A stretch of 64,000 nucleotides of DNA from an uncultured bacterium (GTDB lineage Bacteria; Hydrothermota; Tepidihabitantia; Tepidihabitantales; Tepidihabitantaceae). How positions within the stretch are numbered: position 1 is the stretch's first letter; each line of letters starts with the position of its first letter. The DNA lies in assembly GCA_964590395.1 (NCBI GenBank), contig CAZPVT010000005.1, positions 116,387 to 180,386 of the forward strand, read 5' to 3'. Below the pieces are notes generated by a model. The model worked only from the letters and a program-made list of their open reading frames with translations, made no database searches and was not told the origin of the DNA. Positions 9,816 to 18,953 of this stretch are shown one piece after another. Position numbers and translations under genes: made by a program.

Positions 9816-12800
9816 TCATTTATTCAACAGAAGTTCAAAATACGCCCGGATCAGTTTTTCATACTCAACCGGATAGCGCTGTTGCTGGAGGGCACGCAGG
9901 AGTTCGGACCGCAGTAGACGGTTTCTTTCCCCTTGGTCCTCGGGCAACTCGGGCGGATTTTCCAGACGGTAGGGACGTGCGGTTTCTGCCTGGCGTTCCT
10001 CTTTAAATCCCTGCTGACGGAGGCTGCGCTGGGCGTCAAGCAGGCGGGCGACGATGTCTTCCTGACGTTCAATCAGTTTGCGGTCAATTTGCAGTTCTGC
10101 CAGGCCTCTTTCCACCTGTCTCATCTCTTCCAGCATTCGGTCTAATGCACCGGTCAGACCGGGTCTTTCTCCACCCATCTGTTGCAGGAGTTGTTCCAGT
10201 TGCTGACGGAGTGCCTGCTGTTGAGAAAGTAGTCTGGATAACTGCGCCAGTTGCTGAGAGGTAAGACCGGTACTGGGAATTGGAATCGGCAAACTGGCAG
10301 TGCCGGCATTGATGCTCATCTGCTCGGATGCCATTTTCGCCAGTTGGTCAAGCAGGTTTTGCAACCCACCAGATAAACCACCTCCCTCCATTTTTGCTGC
10401 GGCACCGATTAACATTCCTGCGGCACGGTTCAGGCGCTGTCGTGCCTGGCGCATATTCTCTTTTGTACCACTGCCACTGCCCTCCATTGCCATTTTTGCG
10501 GCACTGCTCATCAGGTTGAGCGCATTGCCCAGTTCCTGATGGAGTGGCGGCGGGATTGCCAGTGTTCTGGTGCTCAGACTGGCGAGACTCTCCGCTGCCA
10601 TTTTGGTTGCTTCACCCAGCGCGGACTGTTCGTTGGCAATCTCCACCAGCCGGTCGCTGGTGGTCATTTTTTCCTCCAGTTTTTCCTGGTACTGAGAGAT
10701 GGTCAAGAGTTGATCAGCATTGGCAAGCAACTGTTTCATTACTTCCCGCGCGCGGTTTTTCTTTAACTGCTCACTCAGACATCGCAACCGATCGGCAAGT
10801 TGTCTAATGGATCCGGCGAGTTCTCGGGAGGGCAGTTGCGCGGACAATTTATCACCCGAGTTAAACAGTTGTTTTAAGGCGTCAGCCTGTTTCGGCAATT
10901 CCCGGATAGCCATCTCCTGGTTCAGTGCGGCGAGCGATTCGGTAAGTGCGGGTTCGGTGCATTGACGGGCAAGTTGCTCGATACCGTTCAAAAGACTGTC
11001 GAGATTGGTTTTTATCTCCTCCTGCTGTTGGATAAGTTGGGATTCATTTGCGGTTGGAATGTTGCCGGTTAGCTCATTTTGTTTTTGCGCCAGTTTTTCT
11101 GCCTGTCGTGCGAGTGCTTCCAGTTGGATCTCATCCATTATCCGTTTCAGGAGTTCTAAAGCGCGGTCAATGTCCGCCTTCAGGGCAGACTGCTGTTCCT
11201 GCAGACGTTCAAGTAGCGCTTTTAATTCATCGGGTCGGGCGGTCAGTTTACTACCCAGTTCGTTTAGTGCCTTCTGAAGTTCCTGCGGTAAAAGCCGAGA
11301 AAGCAGTTCCTGTAACTGGGACAGACGTTCCAGTGTTTCCTGATCCCAACTCATCCCTTGGAGCAGTTCCGCAGTGGTCTGGGCGACTTCGTTCTGCAGA
11401 CGGTCAATCTGGTTGAGCAGGTTTATCTGTTCATTCACGATCTGTTCCAGTTTTTTGCGTTCCTCCCAGCTGAGTTCCCGCTGTTTTTTTAACTCCTCAC
11501 TGATGCGCGCCAGCGCACTTCCGAGTTCTGCCTGTTCATTCTGGAGCGGTGCCAGTTGCTCCTGGGTGGTGGTGGTCTGGTTTACCGCCTGAGCGTAAAT
11601 CTGTTCCATACTGGGAAACCGCACCGTATAGATTTCACTGCGGGTACTTTTCGGACCGCTGATCGCATCATTGTCAACCACCCGCACAAAATACCGGACG
11701 GCTTCACCGGGCAGAAGGTTTGTTTTGCTCAGATCCCAGAGATAGAAGGTGGTGTCCTCCCGGTGGTTGTTGACCGTCTTCAGCCGGCGAGAGTTATTGA
11801 TGCTGTCCTTGCCGTAATGGAGCCAGATCTCGGTGATGCCAAAGTCGTCAATAGAGTTAATGCCCAGCGGAACCTGCATATTCATCGGCAGGTTGACATC
11901 ACGGCCGGGTAGAAACACTTTGACCAGTGGTGATTCATCCGGTATTGCCCGGATGTTGAATCGGTAAACCGTCTGCTGTCTATTTGGGAGCGTGGCGAGT
12001 TCAATTCTTGCCTCTCCATCCTGCCGGATGGTAAAACCGCCGCTGAGTTCTCCGGGTTGATCTCTGCTGAGCGCTAATGGCAGGGTCTCTGCTGGCAGAA
12101 TGAGAAAACCATTTTCCGCTGTGCCGGTAACTTGGGCGGTGAGATTTACCTTTGTTCCTTTCAGAAGTGCCAGATCACCGCCACTTTGACGGATGGGCTT
12201 CATTCCGGTATAAGCGGGTGGTGTGCAGTTAAAGGCAATGCTTTTAAGAGCCAGGGGCGCGATGATATTTACCCTATACCAGTCGGTTTTTTTGTTTAAA
12301 AGTCGGAACCGATAATAAAATGTTTCACCGGTGGTTAATGTAAAGATGCAGGAGTCAGCGGAAAGCCGGAGAGGGATTTTTTTTATCCGTGGTGAATTGG
12401 GGATGGCTGTTGTTTGCAACTGGATAGATTTGAATACGCCTGCAGGCTGGACTGAACAGACCAGTTTAGCAGTTTCGCCCGCAAGCAGGGTGGTATCACC
12501 AGGGACAACCTTTAGATAGATAGGCAGGTGGTCAGGTTTAAAAGCGTTCAGTAGACCAAATTTTACCCTTTCGCCTCCCTGGTTAAGCGTCAGGACAAGC
12601 AATACCAGCGCCAGAAGGCTAAAAACACCGGAAATCAGCAGGCGTCTGAAGGGCAGGATAAGTTTGAGCGGTAGCGGTCTTATCATTTCCTGCACCTGTT
12701 GAATTGCGGCATCGCGCAACTCCAGTGAGTAACCACGGCGATCAGGCTGGTAGTTTATCAGGTCCAGAGCAGAGACAACCTTTCCTTTTAACCCTGGGAA

Positions 12801-13049
12801 GGTGTGTTCAATTCTGTAACCGATATTTTTTAAGCCGGTTCTTTTTAGCCATAAGAATGATAAAATACCCAGCGGGATTAGTGAGAAGAGGAGTATCCAG
12901 CCGGAAAGGAAAAGACCAATGGCGAGCAGGGTTAATAAGATGTTGATACCGATAAAAATAAGTAAAAGCGAGAGTGTATTGATGAGGATTGCCCGGTAAC
13001 GGAGTTGCCGGATCTGCCTAACAAACTGCTCGTTAATTAACTCCCGCAC
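9816..13049 (-). CDS. Large membrane-anchored protein: N-terminal double-TM, beta-rich domain, then ~500-aa Q/L/E-rich coiled coil. Function unknown.
   Basis: 1077-aa ORF with GTG start. Two N-terminal TM helices plus a third hydrophobic segment. Long heptad-like low-complexity region. First gene of a minus-strand operon with the TPR, kinase-like and PEGA genes. Confidence 0.6.
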   Translation of the reverse strand: MRELINEQFVRQIRQLRYRAILINTLSLLLIFIGINILLTLLAIGLFLSGWILLFSLIPLGILSFLWLKRTGLKNIGYRIEHTFPGLKGKVVSALDLINYQPDRRGYSLELRDAAIQQVQEMIRPLPLKLILPFRRLLISGVFSLLALVLLVLTLNQGGERVKFGLLNAFKPDHLPIYLKVVPGDTTLLAGETAKLVCSVQPAGVFKSIQLQTTAIPNSPRIKKIPLRLSADSCIFTLTTGETFYYRFRLLNKKTDWYRVNIIAPLALKSIAFNCTPPAYTGMKPIRQSGGDLALLKGTKVNLTAQVTGTAENGFLILPAETLPLALSRDQPGELSGGFTIRQDGEARIELATLPNRQQTVYRFNIRAIPDESPLVKVFLPGRDVNLPMNMQVPLGINSIDDFGITEIWLHYGKDSINNSRRLKTVNNHREDTTFYLWDLSKTNLLPGEAVRYFVRVVDNDAISGPKSTRSEIYTVRFPSMEQIYAQAVNQTTTTQEQLAPLQNEQAELGSALARISEELKKQRELSWEERKKLEQIVNEQINLLNQIDRLQNEVAQTTAELLQGMSWDQETLERLSQLQELLSRLLPQELQKALNELGSKLTARPDELKALLERLQEQQSALKADIDRALELLKRIMDEIQLEALARQAEKLAQKQNELTGNIPTANESQLIQQQEEIKTNLDSLLNGIEQLARQCTEPALTESLAALNQEMAIRELPKQADALKQLFNSGDKLSAQLPSRELAGSIRQLADRLRCLSEQLKKNRAREVMKQLLANADQLLTISQYQEKLEEKMTTSDRLVEIANEQSALGEATKMAAESLASLSTRTLAIPPPLHQELGNALNLMSSAAKMAMEGSGSGTKENMRQARQRLNRAAGMLIGAAAKMEGGGLSGGLQNLLDQLAKMASEQMSINAGTASLPIPIPSTGLTSQQLAQLSRLLSQQQALRQQLEQLLQQMGGERPGLTGALDRMLEEMRQVERGLAELQIDRKLIERQEDIVARLLDAQRSLRQQGFKEERQAETARPYRLENPPELPEDQGERNRLLRSELLRALQQQRYPVEYEKLIRAYFELLLNK

Positions 13050-13139
13050 AGTAAAATACTATCTGTTTAATAGCCACAAGGCAAATTTGTGCCAGTAGGA
13101 AAAGATTAGGCTGGTCCGAAAGAAAAAAGCGGCGCGGTC

Positions 13140-13300
13140 ATTGCGCGGTCCTCCTCCTTTTGTCATTACGAGGAGCGTTAGCGACGAAGCAATCTATAAG
13201 CGGATAAATTGGCATCACACGCAAAGAGATTGCTTCGGGTTTTGCCCTCGCAATGAGCGGGAGGGCGAGAGTCATTGCGTTCTACCGTAGGCAGGTGGCA
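13140..13300. repeat. Structured intergenic repeat element, copy A of a dispersed family sharing a 28-nt core with 45150-45200
   Basis: Core AGCGACGAAGCAATCTATAAGCGGATAA matches 45168-45195 exactly. Internal inverted repeats: GAAGCAATCT/AGATTGCTTC and CGCAATGA/TCATTGCG. Confidence 0.55.
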
Positions 13301-13796
13301 ATCTACAACTTTGGATTAACCCGTGTTTTTAACTTAAGGGTTAAATTAGATTAACTGTTTGAATTGTCTTATTTTATATTATGGACGATATTTGAAAACC
13401 TGCCCAGGGGGCAGTATCGGGGAGGGTATCTGTAATGGTCTTGAACCGGGTTATGTGGCGGGTATCTTTCAGGGTTATAACGGTGGTAAAAGGTTTGGTT
13501 TTGTAGCCGGTTCTTGCCTGGCTCGGTGTTCTGGTACTTTCTACAGTTTTAATTATGACTTTCTCAATTCTGGGTATGATGGTTCTGTTCAAAGTTATGG
13601 TGAGGCTGTATCTGGTGGTAATAGGGTTGGTTCTGTTCTGGGTGGGTGGTGTGCTTTTCGGACGCAGGGTTTGCGTGATACGAGTGGAGCAGAGTGGGTG
13701 GAGGTTGCCGGCTGTAACTTAGTGGTGTGAAGTGTGTTGGATGTTTTAACTTTATTCTCCGGTTGAAAAGTTTTTCTAACTGGCTAATATTAAACG

Positions 13797-14702
13797 GTGC
13801 AAACTGTTGAGCATCAGTTAACCGTGGAGCGGCGGGTGACCCTGGTGGGAATGCTCATCAATATTCTGCTGGCGGTTGCCAAGTTGGTGGCAGGTGTTTT
13901 AGGCAGGTCATCCGCAATTATCGCTGACGGGTTGCACAGTTTTTCAGATCTGGCAAGTGATATTCCGGTGCTGTGGTGTGTGCGGGCTTCAAAGTCACTG
14001 CCGGATGAGGACCATCATTATGGCCATTACCGATATGAGGTGCTGATTGCACTTTTCGTCGGTGCGTTGCTGGTTTTTGTTGCGCTGTTTATTGCGGGGC
14101 AGGCGATTTTTACCATCAGTCAACAGCATGGTGGTGTGCGTAACTGGCTGCCGTTTTATATGGCGCTTGTTTCCATCGGGTTAAAGGAGATGCTCTTTTG
14201 GTGGACCAGGGCGGTGGGCAGGAGGTTTCAGAATCGGGCGCTTCTTGCCAATGCCTGGCATCACCGTTCTGATGCCTTTTCCTCAGTTGCGGTGGCGGCT
14301 GGTATTGGTGGTGCTTTGCTTGGTGGCGAACGCTGGGCGTTTCTTGACCCTCTGACCGCGGTGCTGTTGTCCGCATTTCTGGTTTATGTTGGAGTCCGGA
14401 TTGTGCGCGACGCTTTGCATAAACTTGCGGATCGGGCGCCTGAGACGGATGCGTTACTCCGGCTGAAAAAAGCGATTCTGGCGATTCCCGGGGTGAGGGG
14501 TTTTCATTCGCTTCGTGCCCGGCATTCTGGAGCGGGTAATCGGATTGAGATGGATGTCCATATTCAAGTTAGCCCGGATATTTCAGTTAAGGAGGGGCAT
14601 AATATTGCCACCAGGGTTGAGGAGGAGATCCGGCGAGTAAATTCTGATGTCAATGGAATTGTTGTGCATATTGAGCCGGATTCCGAGGAGAGATCGGTGT
14701 AA
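13797..14702 (+). CDS. Cation diffusion facilitator (CDF) family divalent-metal efflux transporter
   Basis: 301 aa. Six TM helices. HSFSDLASD and HHYGHYRYE metal-site motifs. C-terminal cytoplasmic domain typical of CzcD/FieF. Confidence 0.85.
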   Translation: MQTVEHQLTVERRVTLVGMLINILLAVAKLVAGVLGRSSAIIADGLHSFSDLASDIPVLWCVRASKSLPDEDHHYGHYRYEVLIALFVGALLVFVALFIAGQAIFTISQQHGGVRNWLPFYMALVSIGLKEMLFWWTRAVGRRFQNRALLANAWHHRSDAFSSVAVAAGIGGALLGGERWAFLDPLTAVLLSAFLVYVGVRIVRDALHKLADRAPETDALLRLKKAILAIPGVRGFHSLRARHSGAGNRIEMDVHIQVSPDISVKEGHNIATRVEEEIRRVNSDVNGIVVHIEPDSEERSV

Positions 14703-14749
14703 GTTAGTCGTTGTTGACCGTCAAAAGTTTGGGCATAAACTTTTTTATT

Positions 14750-15310
14750 ATGGAGCAGACGCCTTTTTTAACCCTGTGTCAGCAGCGGAGGTCGGTGCGT
14801 CGGTTCAGCAGCCGGCCGGTGGAAAGGGAGAAGTTGCTTTTGTGTCTGGAGGCGGCAAGGTTGGCACCTTCTGCAGACAACGGTCAGCCCTGGCGGTTTG
14901 TCGTTTTCGATGAGCCGGCAAAGAAACAGGCGCTGTGTGCTGCGGTTTTTCAGGGGGTGTTTATGGCATCCCGGCACTTTGCCCAGGCACCGGTGATCGT
15001 TGCGCTGTTGATCAAGGAGAGTTTTCTGATCAATAAACTGGCAGGAGGTGCGGTTGGAAATCAGTTTCAGTTGATTGATGCCGGGATCGCGGGTGAGCAT
15101 TTTGTGCTTGCCTGTGCTGAGCAGGAACTTGGGACCTGCTGGATCGGCTGGTTTGACGCCCGCGCACTTTTGCGTCATCTGGGTTTGAAACGGGGCTATC
15201 GGGCGGTGGCGCTTTTTGCGGTCGGTTACCCGGCAGAGGAGAGGCAGAACCGTATTCCCAAACGCAAGCCGCTGGAGGAGATTGTTTTCTGGAATCGTGC
15301 TCCGGAATGA
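14750..15310 (+). CDS. Nitroreductase-family NAD(P)H:FMN oxidoreductase
   Basis: The RRSVRRFS motif near the N-terminus is typical of nitroreductase folds. The longest ORF begins at 14711, but the MEQTPF start at 14750 is more plausible. Confidence 0.7.
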   Translation: MEQTPFLTLCQQRRSVRRFSSRPVEREKLLLCLEAARLAPSADNGQPWRFVVFDEPAKKQALCAAVFQGVFMASRHFAQAPVIVALLIKESFLINKLAGGAVGNQFQLIDAGIAGEHFVLACAEQELGTCWIGWFDARALLRHLGLKRGYRAVALFAVGYPAEERQNRIPKRKPLEEIVFWNRAPE

Positions 15311-15326
15311 GTAATAAAAAGGAGGT

Positions 15327-15905
15327 TTGATGAGGGCGAAAAAGAGGGTTTTGGTTCTGGAGGGTAGTCCACGGATTGGTAATACTGCGATAGTTACTGA
15401 CTGGGTGCTAAAAGGTCTGGGCAGAAGGGATGTTCTGGTCAAGCGGGTCCGGGTGAGTGAGTTGAATATTGCGGGTTGCCGGGAGTGTTTCGGGTGTAGC
15501 ACAGAAAAGCAGGAGGCGGGTTGTGAGCAGGAGGATGATATGCTGGAACTGTACGACCTGCTTGTGGACAGTGAGCTGACCATCTGGACCAGCCCGATTT
15601 TCTGCTGGGGTGTTACAAGTCAGTTGAAGGCGGTGGTTGATCGCTGTTTTGCCCTGCTGAATGGGGAGAATTTGTTGAAGGGGACGAAATGGGCGGTGGT
15701 TCTTACCGCGGGTGGTGATCATTATGATGGAGCGGATCTGGCGGTGGCGATGTTTAAACGGCTGGCAGAGTTTGGTAAGGTTGAGTATCTGGGGCAGTTG
15801 GTGGTTGCCAACTGTCCAGAGCCGCGCATCTTGAAGCGGAACGAGCAGCGCGCCGAGGAGGCAAGAGAGTTCGGTAGAGAGTTACGCCGGCAGATTCTCA
15901 GCTGA
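15327..15905 (+). CDS. Flavodoxin-fold NADPH-dependent FMN reductase / iron-sulfur flavoprotein (Isf-like)
   Basis: VLVLEGSPRIGNT N-terminus of the NADPH-dependent FMN-reductase fold. Compact Cys motif CRECFGCSTEKQEAGC (CX2CX2CX8C), as in Isf proteins. Confidence 0.55.
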   Translation: MMRAKKRVLVLEGSPRIGNTAIVTDWVLKGLGRRDVLVKRVRVSELNIAGCRECFGCSTEKQEAGCEQEDDMLELYDLLVDSELTIWTSPIFCWGVTSQLKAVVDRCFALLNGENLLKGTKWAVVLTAGGDHYDGADLAVAMFKRLAEFGKVEYLGQLVVANCPEPRILKRNEQRAEEAREFGRELRRQILS

Positions 15906-15908
15906 TCC

Positions 15909-18137
15909 GTGTTTTTGTTCCGATTAGCAGTAGTTTTACTTTTGCTGGCAGGTGGTGTTAATGCGGGTATTGTCTGCGGGTTTGTGCGTGATGCCGGTGA
16001 TGGTGAACCGCTTGCCTATGCCAATGTGGAGTTGAAGGGTACCGGATTAGGTACCACCACCGGTCAGAAAGGTTATTTCTGTCTGCGGGATGTGCCTGCC
16101 GGCTCTTACGAACTGGAGGTTTCCTATATCGGGTATCAGCCCTATCGGCAGGGGATTTCTGTTGCGGATGCCGGGGTTGTAAATGTAAATGTGGAGTTGC
16201 GGACCGAGCCGGTGAGGATTGATGAGGTAAAGGTTACCGCGGAGCGGGCAAGGTTTGAGCGGGAGGTGCAGATTTCCACCCAGCGGATTGACACCCGGCA
16301 GTTGGTACTGGTACCGAAACTGGGTGGTGAGGTTGATATCCTGCGCAGTGTTGCAATGATGCCCGGGGTCATTACCGTTTCCGATTTTTCCAATAAACTT
16401 TATATTCGTGGTGGTTCGCCGGACCAGAATCTGATTCTTCTGGATGGAATTACCGTTTACAATCCTGCCCATCTGTTCGGGATCTTTTCACCTTTTATTG
16501 CAGAGGCGGTGAGTGATGTTACGCTTTACGCCGGTGGTTTTCCCGCTCAATACGGGTCCAGGTTGAGTTCGGTGCTGGAGGTAAATACCCGGCAGGGCAA
16601 TACTAAGCGGTACACCGGTGAAGGTTCGGTTTCCATTATTGCGGCGAAAGGAATTGTTGAGGGTCCGATTCCGCGCGGTTCGTTTCTGTTTGCAGGCAGA
16701 CGGACCTACCTGCCGGATGTGATATTAAAACTTTTCGGTGTTGCTGGTCTGAACTACTATTTTTATGACCTGATGGGTAAGGTAAATTACGGGATAAATG
16801 ATAATCAGCAGTTGAGTTTTGCCCTGCTCGGTTCTGAGGATGTGTTGAGTTTCTGGGATCCGGGTAATCCGGATGCGTTTAAGACCCGGCTTTCCTGGGG
16901 AAACCGTGGGGTATCTTTAAGGTTGAACAGTGTTTTTAATCCGGTTCTGTATGGTGAGGTGATCACTGCCTGGAGCAACTTTTTTTCCGGGTTCAAGGTG
17001 CGTTTTTCCGAGGTTGAGGATTTAACGATGAAGGGGGAGCTGAATAACTGGAGTCTGAGGGCGAATTTTACCTGGTATCCGCTTGACCGTCATACGGTCG
17101 GATTCGGCCTGGATGGACAGATAAACCGGATGGGTTTAAGGGTGGATTTTGATACCACCCGTTTTAATGCCCGGGAGAGTCTTTTCCCGGTGGCGATCTA
17201 TGTTGACGATAAATATGAGGTGATTAAAAAGAAACTCTTTGTTAGACCCGGGATTCGTTTTGCCTATTACTCCAAAGGTAACCGGCTGGAGCCAGAGCCC
17301 AGATTAGGGCTAAAGTACCTGCCCGAGAGAAATATGGCGCTTAATCTTTCTTTGGGCAGATTTACCCAGCCTTTGGTCACGCTGAACTCTACAGAGGCGA
17401 TATTTTCAATTTATGATGTCTGGGTACCGGTGCCTGAAAATAGAAGGTTGCCCAGCGCCTGGCATTATATTCTGGGTGTTGAGAGGTGGTTAAGGGAGGA
17501 TTTTACGGTTCAGGTTGAGGGGTATTACAAGGATTATTCCCACCTGCTTGAGACCAGATACGGTGATTTTTTCACCCCGCCAGACTCACTGCTTGATGCC
17601 GATGGTTACTCCTTAGGTACGGAACTACTGGTGCGGAAGAATTCGGGCAGGATTAATGGCTGGCTTGCCTATTCTTATATGTGGACAGTCCGTCAGATTG
17701 AAACCGAGGTTTATCATCCTCATTACGACCGCCGGCACAATTTGAATCTGGTTTTGAACTTTCCGTCGCTGATATTAAATTTTGATCTTTCCTTGCATCT
17801 GACAGTTGGTTCTGGATTACCTTATTCTGGAGCGATAGGTTATTATCAACGAGTGATCGAACGGCCGGGAGGTAAATCTGAGGCGATTTGGTGGGTGATC
17901 GGTAGCGAACGGGACGGGTTAAGGTATCCGGTATATCATCGTGTGGATTTGGGTCTGTCCCGTACCGGCAGGATCGGCAGGATGGAGGTAGGGCTGTTTT
18001 TGGATATCATCAATCTCTATAATGCCCGTAATGTCCTTTTGTATTACTGGGATGTTAATCCGGAGGGCATACCGGAACGACACCAGATCAATATGATTCC
18101 GATTCTACCCACGTTGGGAATAAGAGCGAGGTTCTGA
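15909..18137 (+). CDS. TonB-dependent-receptor-type outer-membrane protein with an N-terminal CarbopepD_reg domain
   Basis: Signal peptide. Carboxypeptidase-regulatory-like domain (GxVxDxxxGEPLxxAN...G.Y.L). Plug-like region. ~600-aa beta-barrel ending in an aromatic residue (RARF). Confidence 0.7.
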   Translation: MFLFRLAVVLLLLAGGVNAGIVCGFVRDAGDGEPLAYANVELKGTGLGTTTGQKGYFCLRDVPAGSYELEVSYIGYQPYRQGISVADAGVVNVNVELRTEPVRIDEVKVTAERARFEREVQISTQRIDTRQLVLVPKLGGEVDILRSVAMMPGVITVSDFSNKLYIRGGSPDQNLILLDGITVYNPAHLFGIFSPFIAEAVSDVTLYAGGFPAQYGSRLSSVLEVNTRQGNTKRYTGEGSVSIIAAKGIVEGPIPRGSFLFAGRRTYLPDVILKLFGVAGLNYYFYDLMGKVNYGINDNQQLSFALLGSEDVLSFWDPGNPDAFKTRLSWGNRGVSLRLNSVFNPVLYGEVITAWSNFFSGFKVRFSEVEDLTMKGELNNWSLRANFTWYPLDRHTVGFGLDGQINRMGLRVDFDTTRFNARESLFPVAIYVDDKYEVIKKKLFVRPGIRFAYYSKGNRLEPEPRLGLKYLPERNMALNLSLGRFTQPLVTLNSTEAIFSIYDVWVPVPENRRLPSAWHYILGVERWLREDFTVQVEGYYKDYSHLLETRYGDFFTPPDSLLDADGYSLGTELLVRKNSGRINGWLAYSYMWTVRQIETEVYHPHYDRRHNLNLVLNFPSLILNFDLSLHLTVGSGLPYSGAIGYYQRVIERPGGKSEAIWWVIGSERDGLRYPVYHRVDLGLSRTGRIGRMEVGLFLDIINLYNARNVLLYYWDVNPEGIPERHQINMIPILPTLGIRARF

Positions 18138-18913
18138 TGCGTGGTAGATTTCTGGTGCTTATGCTTTTCTTCGCTCTGCTTGCCTGTGAGTCGCCACCAC
18201 CAGCCCGATTTTCGCCTCAACTGGTTGTGCACTGTCTGCTAAGAGCAGGAGAGGCAGTGGTTTTTGCCCGCGTTAACCGTACTTATGATCTGAAGGAAAG
18301 GTTTAATCCGGTGTTTCCTGATGCCCGGGTGAGAATTTTTTGCCACGAGGATTATCTTTTGCGTTACGGTGCAGGAGACACCTATTATACTGACCAACCG
18401 GTTCCGGTTAACACCGGAGACACCTGGCAGATTCAGGTGGTAAAATCCGGGTTTGATACGGTTTGGGGACGGACAGTGGTGCCCGCTGGTTTTGATATTG
18501 GGTTTCCCCGAAATGGTGATACAGTTTCGATTGCGGACTCAATAGTGTGGAGTCGGAGTAGAAACGCGTGTGGCTATTATCTGTCTTTCCGTCAGATAAT
18601 AGAAGGAGACACCTCTTATCTTGACGCCCTGATACCCAATGACTCGTTCGGCATTAACTATGACCCACTTTTTGTCCGGATTCCAAGGATGCTGTTTCTT
18701 ACCTTGGTTGCGCCGCCGCCGGATTCGCCACCGAGACCTTGCACCCTCTGGGTCTGGGCGCTTGATACTAACTACTATCACTGGGTGCGCGGTGGTTTCG
18801 GATTGGGGGATTCGTCAAGAGTTACCGGTGGACTGGGAGTTTTGGGTTCGGCAGTTGAGCGGTGGCGGGTGGTTTTTGTGCGGGGTGATACCACCGTGAA
18901 TCTCAGGCGGTAG
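18137..18913 (+). CDS. Lipoprotein of unknown function (possibly DUF4249-like partner of the preceding receptor)
   Basis: Lipobox LLAC. Start overlaps the stop of the receptor gene. Confidence 0.4.
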   Translation: MRGRFLVLMLFFALLACESPPPARFSPQLVVHCLLRAGEAVVFARVNRTYDLKERFNPVFPDARVRIFCHEDYLLRYGAGDTYYTDQPVPVNTGDTWQIQVVKSGFDTVWGRTVVPAGFDIGFPRNGDTVSIADSIVWSRSRNACGYYLSFRQIIEGDTSYLDALIPNDSFGINYDPLFVRIPRMLFLTLVAPPPDSPPRPCTLWVWALDTNYYHWVRGGFGLGDSSRVTGGLGVLGSAVERWRVVFVRGDTTVNLRR

Positions 18914-18953
18914 TCTGATTGACTTGCTGGACAGGGTTAATTAAAATGGAACT

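Noticed and set aside
10300-11912. Series of plus-strand ORFs (79-122 aa) antisense to the 1077-aa gene
   Set aside because: They arise because the low-complexity coiled-coil region (Q/L/E/A codons) is stop-poor on the opposite strand. They have no start context or motifs. The minus-strand gene is continuous and coherent.
13359-13730. 123-aa Gly/Tyr/Ser-rich ORF and antisense 72-aa ORF
   Set aside because: They are products of a GT-skewed simple-sequence region. There is no RBS and they overlap each other. The stretch is kept only as a compositional/noncoding observation.
14768-15583. 271-aa minus-strand ORF
   Set aside because: It is antisense to the nitroreductase and flavoprotein genes, which have clear motifs. 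No start signal or domain evidence.
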